From Candidatus Saccharimonas sp. (lineage in GTDB: Bacteria; Patescibacteriota; Saccharimonadia; Saccharimonadales; Saccharimonadaceae), in assembly GCA_015256915.3 (NCBI GenBank), contig CP076101.2, positions 600,001 to 632,000 of the forward strand: DNA of 32,000 bases, written 5' to 3'. The position numbers were made by a program, and so were the translations under genes. Shown in pieces: positions 25,853 to 32,000 of the stretch; the stretch's first letter is position 1; every line of letters begins with the position of its first letter. Under the pieces are notes generated by a model. That model made no database searches. It worked only from the letters and a program-made list of their open reading frames with translations, and was not told the origin of the DNA.

Positions 25853-26746
25853 TCATTCACTAACTGTAGTAAGTGTAAAACTCCAGTAATTTCTAGAAAA
25901 TACAACTTCTTGCCCCTCTAAAATTTGTGTTTTTGATCCATTTTTAAAAGTTCGAATCACATGCAAAAAATCCCAAACTTGTTTTGAAAGCGGAATCCTG
26001 CCAGATTGACGAATCATAATCTCACGCAAAACCTCATAACAAACTTCATCTGAATTCTTACGAAAAAACTCTCGTTCAAATTTTTGCCCATCGCCAATTT
26101 CAAACAAAATCTCTTGAGTTATTTTTTCAATTTCACGGCGAAGTTCAATTTGCCTTTGCCAAATTTTAAAAATCGATTCCAGATCTTTTTCGCTAAAATT
26201 CAAAGTTTTTCGAATTCGATTGCGTGTATATTTTTGACTAAAATTAGTTGAATCCTCTCGCCAAATTAAACCTTGTTGCTTTGCCATTTTTAGAATTTCT
26301 AATTTCGAAAATCGCAAAAAAGGACGTTCAATATCTGGAGAATCAAAACATGCCACCGCCCGCCAACCGCCACCACGCACCAAATTTAGCGCAAAAGTCT
26401 CCGCCAAATCATTCTTATGATGCGCCGTAAAAATTATAGCATTTTCACGTTTAGCAATTTTTCGCAAAAAAATATATCGAGCATTTCGAGCTTTTTCTTC
26501 ACTTGAATTTTCTCCTAAATTACCATGCTCAAATTCAAATTTCAATCTATCTTTTTCTGCTAATCTTCGAACAAATTCACAGTCTTCTTGACTTTCTTTT
26601 CCGCGAATCCCATGCTCAAAATGCGCAACAATCAAGTTTTCTTCAAGCCATTTTTGCCCATTTTTATTTCGAAAAAATCGCACTAAAAAATCTAGCAAAA
26701 CAACTGAATCCACGCCACCAGAAACTGCCACGACTATCTTCTTCAT
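25853..26746 (-). CDS. tilS: tRNA(Ile)-lysidine synthetase (short form)
   Basis: PP-loop VAVSGGVDSVVLLDFL, HFEHGIRG and TAHHKNDLAET motifs. Conserved position upstream of ftsH. Confidence 0.85.
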   Translation of the reverse strand: MKKIVVAVSGGVDSVVLLDFLVRFFRNKNGQKWLEENLIVAHFEHGIRGKESQEDCEFVRRLAEKDRLKFEFEHGNLGENSSEEKARNARYIFLRKIAKRENAIIFTAHHKNDLAETFALNLVRGGGWRAVACFDSPDIERPFLRFSKLEILKMAKQQGLIWREDSTNFSQKYTRNRIRKTLNFSEKDLESIFKIWQRQIELRREIEKITQEILFEIGDGQKFEREFFRKNSDEVCYEVLREIMIRQSGRIPLSKQVWDFLHVIRTFKNGSKTQILEGQEVVFSRNYWSFTLTTVSE

Positions 26747-26754
26747 ATAAATTC

Positions 26755-26763
26755 ATTTTACCA
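26755..26763 (-). promoter_or_regulatory. Extended -10 element TGGTAAAAT, 8 nt upstream of tilS ATG 26746
   Basis: The minus strand reads ...aagtgTGgTAAAATgaatttatATG. Confidence 0.45.
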
Positions 26764-26766
26764 CAC

Positions 26767-26795
26767 TTGCGTTTTTAAATCGATTATGTTAAAAT
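26767..26795 (+). promoter_or_regulatory. Promoter TTGCGT -17 nt- (TGt)TAAAAT, 7 nt upstream of ATG 26803 (pilB-like gene)
   Basis: TTGCGTttttaaatcgattaTGtTAAAATttaaacaATG. Back-to-back with the tilS element within a 56-bp intergenic region. Confidence 0.5.
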
Positions 26796-26802
26796 TTAAA
26801 CA

Positions 26803-28077
26803 ATGAAAGAAGGTGGGAAAATTTCGAAAATTAAAGAGATAAAGTTCGAAAATTCAGTTAAATTTGCAGCCGAAAGTATTATTGAAAATGCCCTAAATCT
26901 GCACGCGACTGATGTTCATATTGAACCAAGAGAAGAATCAACTTTGGTCCGTTTTCGAATTAACGGCGTTTTAAAAACCGTTAATGAATTTTCGAAAGAT
27001 TTTTTACCAAAATTAGCTAAATATTTTAAGCATCTTGGCGGTTTAAATTTTAGTGAAAAAACTTTTCCACAATCCGCTACAATTCGACATGGAGAAGCTC
27101 GGATTCGAATTTCTACAACTCCAGTTTTTTTGGGTGAGAAAGTTACTTTAAGGTTAATTCGAGCCCGAAAAAGTGTTAGAAAACTTAATGAAGTTGGGCT
27201 TTGGGGCGAAAACTTACAGCAAATTCAACAAATTTTACGCCAACCGCGTGGAATTGTTTTTACAATTGGTGAAGGAAATAACACAACTAATTTCTCAATT
27301 TTAAATGAGTTAAATTCGAGCGAAAAAAATATTGTTACAATTGAAAAAAATATTGAAAAAACTATTTCAGGAATTAACCAGACTGAAATCAATCCAAGAA
27401 TTGGTTTAGATTATTTTGAAATGACTAAATCAGCTTTGAGTCAAAATCCTGATATTTTATACATTGATAACCTAAAAGATTCGAAAACTGCCGAGCTTAT
27501 TTTTGACGCTTCAATGCGAGGGAAATTCATCATCGCAAGCCTTTCAGTTCAAAAAATAAGTGAAATTATCCCATTTTTAAATTATCTTGGAATTGAACCG
27601 TTCTTAATTAGTGCAAATGTTCTAGGAATGATATCGCAAACCTTAATTCGTACCGTTTCGAAAAAGGCAATTTCAAAAACCAAAATCTCAAAAGAAGAAT
27701 CTTCGCTGATTTTACAGGAATTTAAAACTACGGGAGCAAAAATCCATCAATTAGAAAAAGATTTTCGCGATAAAGTTCACCCAAAAAATAAACTTTCAAC
27801 TTCTTCAAATGCTATTTTAGAATTACCAATTGTTCGAAAAAAAGAAAATTACGAATTAGCTTTCTCTGGAAATACTGCAATTTTTGAAGTTTTAAGTTTA
27901 ATTAACGGCGATATTTCAAAAGAAATTAAAAATTTAATTCAAATTAAGCCAACTTCAGTTGAAATTGAAGAAATTCTTTCAACAAATAATTTTAGAAATA
28001 TGAAATTAGATGGTTTAGCGAAGGTTCTACAAAACGAAACAATTCTACCAGAATTAATGCGGAAAACTGGATTTTAA
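26803..28077 (+). CDS. PilB/GspE-family (T2SSE) protein with all catalytic ATPase motifs degenerate (predicted pseudo-ATPase)
   Basis: Clear T2SSE core: ALNLHATDVHIEPREESTLVRFRINGVL...ARIRISTTPVFLGEKVTLRLI...GIEPFLISANVLGMISQTLIR. However, Walker A is GEGNNTT (no GxGK[ST]), the Asp box is TIEKNIE (normally TIEDPVE), Walker B is YIDNLKD (normally GEIRD), and the His box is RGKFIIASLS (normally TGHLVLSTLH). There is no tetra-Cys zinc motif and no N-terminal MshEN/GSPII_E_N domain. Confidence 0.75.
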   Translation: MKEGGKISKIKEIKFENSVKFAAESIIENALNLHATDVHIEPREESTLVRFRINGVLKTVNEFSKDFLPKLAKYFKHLGGLNFSEKTFPQSATIRHGEARIRISTTPVFLGEKVTLRLIRARKSVRKLNEVGLWGENLQQIQQILRQPRGIVFTIGEGNNTTNFSILNELNSSEKNIVTIEKNIEKTISGINQTEINPRIGLDYFEMTKSALSQNPDILYIDNLKDSKTAELIFDASMRGKFIIASLSVQKISEIIPFLNYLGIEPFLISANVLGMISQTLIRTVSKKAISKTKISKEESSLILQEFKTTGAKIHQLEKDFRDKVHPKNKLSTSSNAILELPIVRKKENYELAFSGNTAIFEVLSLINGDISKEIKNLIQIKPTSVEIEEILSTNNFRNMKLDGLAKVLQNETILPELMRKTGF

Positions 28078-28087
28078 AACAATAATT

Positions 28088-28096
28088 TGTTAAAAT
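28088..28096 (+). promoter_or_regulatory. Extended -10-like element TGTTAAAAT, 11 nt upstream of ATG 28108
   Basis: ttTGtTAAAATtataaataattATG. This may be an internal promoter, or the gene may be co-transcribed with the pilB-like gene. Confidence 0.3.
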
Positions 28097-28107
28097 TATA
28101 AATAATT

Positions 28108-28665
28108 ATGTTAATTTTAGCTTCAAAATTACTAAACACACCAATTATGGGGCTACAAACTGGCTCTCAACTTGCCCTAACCGGCAATGCAATTATTAAT
28201 CCTGAAAATTTACAAATTTTAGCTTACCAATTAAAAGCTAATTCTTTTTCGAACGAAGAAATGTTAATACGAATCGCTGATATTCGTGAACTTTCAAGAA
28301 TTGGATTTATTATCGACTCTGGTGAAGATTTTATTCTCCCAACAGATGTGATTAAAATTAAAGAAATAATTGACCTTGATTTTGACATCTTAAATCTTAA
28401 AGTTGAAGATGAAAAAGGTTCAAAAATTGGTAAAATAATTGACTACACTTTAAGTTTAGCTGATTTTTCAGTTCAACAATTAATCGTAAAACGGCCATTT
28501 TTAAAATCATTAAACGACCCAGCTTTAACAATTCACCGATCTCAAATTGTTGCGATAAGTGACGATACTATCACAATTCGCTGCGAAAAAGAAGAAGCCC
28601 CACAAAAACGAGCAGAAAGAACTGAGAATTTTGTGCCAAATTATATAAATCCCTTTCGAGATTAA
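28108..28665 (+). CDS. Hypothetical protein, probably two PRC-barrel-like domains
   Basis: ASKLLNTPIMGLQTGSQLALTGNAIINPENLQILAYQL and LNLKVEDEKGSKIGKIIDYTLSLADFSVQQLIV resemble the PRC-barrel pattern (L-x-G-x-V...G-x-x-[IL]G-x-[IV]-x-D). Weak, motif-level call only. Confidence 0.4.
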   Translation: MLILASKLLNTPIMGLQTGSQLALTGNAIINPENLQILAYQLKANSFSNEEMLIRIADIRELSRIGFIIDSGEDFILPTDVIKIKEIIDLDFDILNLKVEDEKGSKIGKIIDYTLSLADFSVQQLIVKRPFLKSLNDPALTIHRSQIVAISDDTITIRCEKEEAPQKRAERTENFVPNYINPFRD

Positions 28666-28667
28666 AA

Positions 28668-29402
28668 TTATTCTTTCGAAAGCGCCTTTTTAATTTCATC
28701 AAAAGAAAAACCCTGTCGAGCCAAATAAGCAATTAACTTTTGTTCATCTGTATATTTTTTAGCTTTTTTAGCGATTATTTTTTGAATCTCATCCTCATCA
28801 TTTCGATTTGATTCACTTAAAACCTGTTCAATAATATCTGAAGAGACACCTTTTGAGAATAATTCAGATTTTAGTTTTTTAATTGAGCTACCTTTTCTCT
28901 GATTACGATTTTCAACCCAGAATTTAGCAAACTTTTCATCATCAATATATTTTTTTTCAATCAATCGGTTCAAAACCTGTTCAACTGAAATTTTCGAAAC
29001 TCCTTTTTTTTCATAGAATTCACCTGTTTTACGATTTTTAAGCTTACGATTCAAAGTTTTTTTCCATAAATAATCACTAATTTCCTTTTTAGAATGTGGC
29101 CTCATTAAGCAATAATTTAAAGCTAAAGCATAAAGTTTACCAAATTCACTCTGCTGTTCAAGATTTTCGATTTCAGTTTTTGTAAATTTAGATCCAATTT
29201 TAATATTTAATTGAGTTAATTGAAAAATATCTAGCGAAAAACGATATTTTCCATTCACAAAAATATTTACCCGATTTTGATTTTTAACTGCTTGTTTTAT
29301 ATCTGTGATTATAAAAAAACCATCCTTAAAAGTAGCTTCTTTAGAGCTATTTTTTATCTTTTTATTTTCAAAATCACTATGATCAAAAATCTCTAATGCC
29401 AT
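28668..29402 (-). CDS. recX: RecA regulator RecX (with N-terminal extension)
   Basis: Three-helix RecX repeats: ALNYCLMRPHSKKEISDYL...VEQVLNRLIEKKYIDDEKFAKFWVENRNQRKGSSIKKLKSELFSKGVSSDIIEQVL...LIAYLARQGFSFDEIKKAL. Immediately downstream of recA. The ATG at 29402 is preferred over the TTG at 29417, which lies in the T-tract of the recA hairpin. Confidence 0.82.
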   Translation of the reverse strand: MALEIFDHSDFENKKIKNSSKEATFKDGFFIITDIKQAVKNQNRVNIFVNGKYRFSLDIFQLTQLNIKIGSKFTKTEIENLEQQSEFGKLYALALNYCLMRPHSKKEISDYLWKKTLNRKLKNRKTGEFYEKKGVSKISVEQVLNRLIEKKYIDDEKFAKFWVENRNQRKGSSIKKLKSELFSKGVSSDIIEQVLSESNRNDEDEIQKIIAKKAKKYTDEQKLIAYLARQGFSFDEIKKALSKE

Positions 29403-29417
29403 AAAAATTAAAATCAA

Positions 29418-29442
29418 ATTAGCCCAAATTTATCGGGCTAAT
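29418..29442 (-). terminator. Hairpin with T-tract between recA and recX (attenuator / partial terminator)
   Basis: Minus strand ATTAGCCC-gataaattt-GGGCTAAT followed by TTGATTTTAATTTTT, then the recX ATG (29402). Confidence 0.6.
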
Positions 29443-29446
29443 TATT

Positions 29447-30508
29447 TTATTCTTCAGTTTTTTCTTCGTTTGGAGTTTCTTCAATAAATTCTTCACCACG
29501 AATTTTTGCTCGAACCTTAGCATCAATTTCTGTCATTACATCTGGATTTTCAAGCAAATATCGTTTAGCGTTTTCACGACCTTGACCAATATTCTGATCA
29601 TTATATTTATAGAATGCGCCAGATTTTCCTAAAATTTCATGTTCAACCGCTAAATCTATAATATCTCCAGTTTTCGAAATTCCCTCGTTATACATAATGT
29701 CGAATTCGGCAACTCGGAACGGTGCTGCAATCTTGTTTTTCACAATTTTAACCTTTGTACGGTTTCCAATTACATCATCACCACTTTTAATTTGAGCTGT
29801 TCGGCGAATATCAGCACGAACTGAAGCATAGAATTTAAGCGCGTTACCACCAGTTGTGGTTTCAGGATTTCCAAACATCACACCAATTTTCATTCGAATT
29901 TGGTTGATGAAAATTACCGTAGCTTTTGATTTATTGATAATTCCAGTAAGTTTTCGAAGCGCTTGCGACATTAAACGAGCTTGAAGTCCCATGTGAGCGT
30001 CACCCATATCTCCATCAATTTCAGCCTGCGGAACAAGAGCTGCAACTGAGTCGACTACAATTAAATCAACTGCGTTCGAACGCACCAAAGTTTCAGTAAT
30101 TTCAAGCGCTTGCTCACCATTATCAGGCTGTGCAACAAGCAAGTTTTCAGTATCAACACCAAGTTTGCGTGCATAAGCTGGATCAAGTGCATGCTCAGCA
30201 TCAATAAACGCCGCTGTTCCACCTTGTTTTTGAATTTCAGCAATTGCATGAAGTGTTAAAGTAGTTTTTCCTGAACTTTCTGGTCCATAAATTTCAATAA
30301 TTCGCCCCTTAGGGTATCCACCGCCAAGCGCAATATCTAGACTTAAACATCCTGAAGGTAGAAGCTCAACATCAACTTTATGGTTTTCACCAAGCTTCAT
30401 AATTGAACCATCACCAAATTGTTTCGAAATTTGTGCAATCGCTAAATCTAGCGCTTGTTTTTTGCCATCTTCAGCCATTCCTACATCTGTTTTTTTTGCT
30501 TTAGCCAT
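29447..30508 (-). CDS. recA: Recombinase RecA
   Basis: [10 protein letters not shown], Walker [68 protein letters not shown] lies 8 nt upstream of the ATG. Confidence 0.98.
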   Translation of the reverse strand: MAKAKKTDVGMAEDGKKQALDLAIAQISKQFGDGSIMKLGENHKVDVELLPSGCLSLDIALGGGYPKGRIIEIYGPESSGKTTLTLHAIAEIQKQGGTAAFIDAEHALDPAYARKLGVDTENLLVAQPDNGEQALEITETLVRSNAVDLIVVDSVAALVPQAEIDGDMGDAHMGLQARLMSQALRKLTGIINKSKATVIFINQIRMKIGVMFGNPETTTGGNALKFYASVRADIRRTAQIKSGDDVIGNRTKVKIVKNKIAAPFRVAEFDIMYNEGISKTGDIIDLAVEHEILGKSGAFYKYNDQNIGQGRENAKRYLLENPDVMTEIDAKVRAKIRGEEFIEETPNEEKTEE

Positions 30509-30536
30509 AAAATTTTCTCCTTAAAATAATATCTTT

Positions 30537-30565
30537 ATTTTAACATTTTTTAGCAAAATGTTCAA
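30537..30565 (-). promoter_or_regulatory. recA promoter: TTGAAC -17 nt- (TGt)TAAAAT, with leader carrying SD AAGGAG
   Basis: The minus strand reads TTGAACattttgctaaaaaaTGtTAAAATaaagatattattttAAGGAGaaaattttATG. Confidence 0.6.
30542..30562. promoter_or_regulatory. Perfect inverted repeat AACATTTT-N5-AAAATGTT filling the recA promoter spacer (candidate repressor operator)
   Basis: + strand AACATTTTttagcAAAATGTT. Arms at 30542-30549 and 30555-30562. It overlaps the -35 hexamer and abuts the -10 hexamer. Confidence 0.4.
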
Positions 30566-30586
30566 GGTTATTTTTAAAAAAAGAAA

Positions 30587-30605
30587 AAGGCTCAAAATGA
30601 ACCTT
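30587..30605 (-). terminator. Rho-independent terminator after the 63-aa ORF
   Basis: Minus-strand RNA AAGGUUCA-uuu-UGAGCCUU (8 bp including one G:U) followed by UUUCUUUUUUU. Confidence 0.5.
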
Positions 30606-30614
30606 AAAAAATAA

Positions 30615-30806
30615 TTAGAAAACTGTTGCATCCTTTTGTTTCGCCAACTTCATGCGATCCTCTTTTATAATTTCAGTTTGAATTACAGCTAATTTTTTAT
30701 TATTAATAGGACTAAATATTTGGTCTAATTCTATAATATTAGAATAAACCTTATTGCTATCAGCATCTACAGCAATTGGAACTTCAATCATTTTCTTCAC
30801 CCCCAT
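30615..30806 (-). CDS. Hypothetical small protein (63 aa)
   Basis: An ORF with its own downstream hairpin and T-tract (30587-30605). I recognise no family. A possible internal start is at M6, preceded by a purine-rich GGGGTGAAGAAA. Confidence 0.35.
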   Translation of the reverse strand: MGVKKMIEVPIAVDADSNKVYSNIIELDQIFSPINNKKLAVIQTEIIKEDRMKLAKQKDATVF

Positions 30807-30900
30807 AATTTTACTTTACTAATTTTATAAACCAGCAATGGACAAATTCTATCATGATTTTTTAGCAAATTCAAACTGATTAGATTAAAAAAATAAATTG

Positions 30901-30909
30901 TGATATAAT
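30901..30909 (+). promoter_or_regulatory. Extended -10 element TGATATAAT, 8 nt upstream of pilin ATG 30918
   Basis: attgTGaTATAATaaaaatatATG, with no SD. Confidence 0.5.
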
Positions 30910-30917
30910 AAAAATAT

Positions 30918-31307
30918 ATGAAGAAAAAATCTGGTTTTACAGTTATTGAAATTTGTGTTGTAATTATATTTTTAATCGTCGTTGGCGTAATTTTTACAAT
31001 ACAAAGATTTGAACTTCTCGCAGTTCAACGCGATCAAATTCGAAAACTTTCGATTAATGAAATTTATTATAATTTGGAAGAAGTTTATTACAAGAAAAAC
31101 GGCTATTACCCTGAAAAAATCAACGAAGATGTTGTTAAAGGCATTGAACCAAATCTCCTAACCGACCCTTCTGGAATTATAATTAATGAAGAAAAAAGTG
31201 AATATCACTACGAACCAACCAACTGTGAAAACGGTAAATGTAAAAAATTCACACTTCGAGCAAAATTAGAAAAAGAAGGTGATTTTATTAAAAAATCTCG
31301 AAATTAA
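30918..31307 (+). CDS. Type IV pilin / pseudopilin-like protein (class III signal peptide)
   Basis: MKKKSG|FTVIEICVVIIFLIVVGVIF has a prepilin peptidase site G/F with Glu at +5 and a hydrophobic alpha1-N helix. A C-terminal Cys pair (CENGKC) is present. Confidence 0.78.
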   Translation: MKKKSGFTVIEICVVIIFLIVVGVIFTIQRFELLAVQRDQIRKLSINEIYYNLEEVYYKKNGYYPEKINEDVVKGIEPNLLTDPSGIIINEEKSEYHYEPTNCENGKCKKFTLRAKLEKEGDFIKKSRN

Positions 31308-31312
31308 ATATT

Positions 31313-31347
31313 AAAAAACGGCTTAAAAGTTTTGAAAGCCGTTTTTT
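31313..31347. terminator. Bidirectional rho-independent terminator between convergent pilin and bPH-protein genes
   Basis: AAAAAACGGCTT-aaaagttttga-AAGCCGTTTTTT. 12-bp arms, with an A-tract on one side and a T-tract on the other. Confidence 0.7.
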
Positions 31348-31350
31348 TCA

Positions 31351-31989
31351 TTATTTTACACTCATTTTTACACCTTCTTCAAAAAGTTTATCAGAGAGCA
31401 TTTGATTTTCACGAGCAGCTTCAACAATGTCGCTTAAAAATTCTGCTTTTTTGTCTGGATTTGGTGAAAATGGAAAAGTATAAGTTGATTCATCGCCAAC
31501 AGTGCTCAATTTAACAGTTCCATAATCAAACAAATGCTGCAAAATCCCCTCTCGAGAATAAGAAATATCTTCGATCGATTCAAGGTTAATTACCTGCTTT
31601 TTTTGGCTCATAATCGTATTCGAAATCCATTGAATTGCGCGTTCGTTCGTAATCACGAATCGATTTGCTCGATATACAACATAATTAACATAAGTTAATA
31701 TAATTAAAAGTAGCGTAATTGAGCCAAAAATCAAAGAAATTTGTGGCTTAAAGTTTGCAGGAATTGGCAGCGGATTAGGCATAAAACAAATAATAATCCA
31801 CGCGCTTATTAGCAAAACACCAATAAATGCGCTAAAAATAATATTTAAAAGATAGCCGAGTGAGTGACGGCGCATCGAAAGAACCACATATTCATCTTCA
31901 TCAACCGTGATATCAGGATAAGTTTTCACGGATTGTTCGTGTCTTGCTTTAATTACGCGCGGATCTCCAGCAGGAACTTCTACTTGCAT
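31351..31989 (-). CDS. Membrane protein with bacterial PH domain (bPH_2 / YdbS-YdbT-like)
   Basis: Two TM helices (LLNIIFSAFIGVLLISAWIIICF, LIFGSITLLLIILTYVNYVVY) followed by FVITNERAIQW...INLESIEDISYSREGILQHLFDYGTVKLST. The true start may lie beyond the window end. Confidence 0.65.
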   Translation of the reverse strand: MQVEVPAGDPRVIKARHEQSVKTYPDITVDEDEYVVLSMRRHSLGYLLNIIFSAFIGVLLISAWIIICFMPNPLPIPANFKPQISLIFGSITLLLIILTYVNYVVYRANRFVITNERAIQWISNTIMSQKKQVINLESIEDISYSREGILQHLFDYGTVKLSTVGDESTYTFPFSPNPDKKAEFLSDIVEAARENQMLSDKLFEEGVKMSVK

Positions 31990-32000
31990 AACTGGCTGAA

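Noticed and set aside
2327-26778. Nested or antisense ORFs from the track: 2327-2707, 3498-3713, 5194-5394, 5925-6194, 7192-7416, 12214-12420, 13350-13601, 14596-14787, 15218-15496, 15819-16097, 17222-17464, 19798-20022, 20457-20762, 24038-24337, 24818-25036, 24901-25221, 26248-26430, 26503-26778 (also 30061-30249 and 31332-31514)
   Set aside because: Each lies inside a longer ORF with clear family signatures on the opposite strand or in another frame. Their translations are low-complexity (K/R/F/S-rich), as expected for alternative-frame reading of AT-rich coding DNA. None has its own promoter, SD or terminator.
30490-30497. A8/T8 homopolymer in recA codons 5-7 (and similar A8-A9 runs at 17463-17471 and about 2921-2930) as phase-variation sites
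   Set aside because: These are Lys-codon runs (AAA AAA) in basic N-terminal or loop segments and are expected frequently in an AT-rich genome. Unlike the G10 tract, they are not compositionally anomalous, and the ORFs are intact.
30542-30562. Match of the recA-upstream palindrome to known LexA boxes
   Set aside because: It does not fit CTGT-N8-ACAG or the Cheo box CGAACnnnnGTTCG (the arms here are AACATTTT with a 5-nt spacer). I therefore do not call it an SOS box, only a candidate operator.
1-32000. CRISPR arrays, rRNA or tRNA genes, toxin-antitoxin or classical defence gene pairs
   Set aside because: No spaced direct repeats were seen, there are no non-coding gaps longer than 170 nt, and no ORFs carry nuclease, methyltransferase, Cas or toxin signatures.

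Overview
Gene-dense (about 30 CDS, mostly minus strand, many 1-30 nt start/stop overlaps), AT-rich (roughly one-third G+C, judged from sampled lines) chromosomal segment of a small-genome, monoderm-type bacterium. The gene set (LCP ligase, LGFP-repeat wall protein, LexA-N-domain-only protein, short YidC, type IV pilin and PilB-like genes, minimal housekeeping operons) fits a Patescibacteria/CPR (Saccharibacteria-like) genome, but that assignment is inference. Positions 1-17.7 kb hold an MscS channel, a LexA-like wHTH protein and a large cell-wall glycopolymer locus: LCP ligase, Wzy_C/O-antigen-ligase-like protein, GT4, polyprenyl-P sugar phosphotransferase, GT-C-like membrane protein, GT2-GT4 fusion, GT2, Wzm/Wzt-type ABC exporter, secreted LGFP-repeat protein and a GtrB/GtrA-like pair. 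Positions 17.7-32 kb hold jag-yidC-rnpA, a frameshifted DUF4352-like surface-protein gene, lepA (split into two ORFs), murJ, ftsH, tilS, a catalytically degenerate PilB/GspE-like protein with a PRC-barrel-like protein, recX-recA, a small ORF, a type IV pilin-like gene and a bPH-domain membrane protein. I recognised no rRNA, tRNA, CRISPR array, transposase or integrase. Main non-gene signals: (i) the palindrome TTCGAA (usually in TTTCGAAA-like context) occurs about 100 times by my manual scan versus about 10 expected from base composition, in all three reading frames, resembling the cyanobacterial HIP1 highly iterated palindrome; (ii) a G10 tract fills the spacer of a TTGACA/TAAAAT promoter in front of the frameshifted surface-protein gene (phase-variation architecture); (iii) most operon-leading genes have an extended -10 box (TGnTAWAAT) only 6-11 nt from the ATG (leaderless or near-leaderless mRNAs), while internal genes carry strong SD sequences; (iv) a roughly 5 kb lower-GC, ATA/AGA-codon-rich glycosyltransferase island; (v) a palindrome with 8-bp arms fills the recA promoter spacer, while the only LexA-like protein lacks the autocleavage domain.
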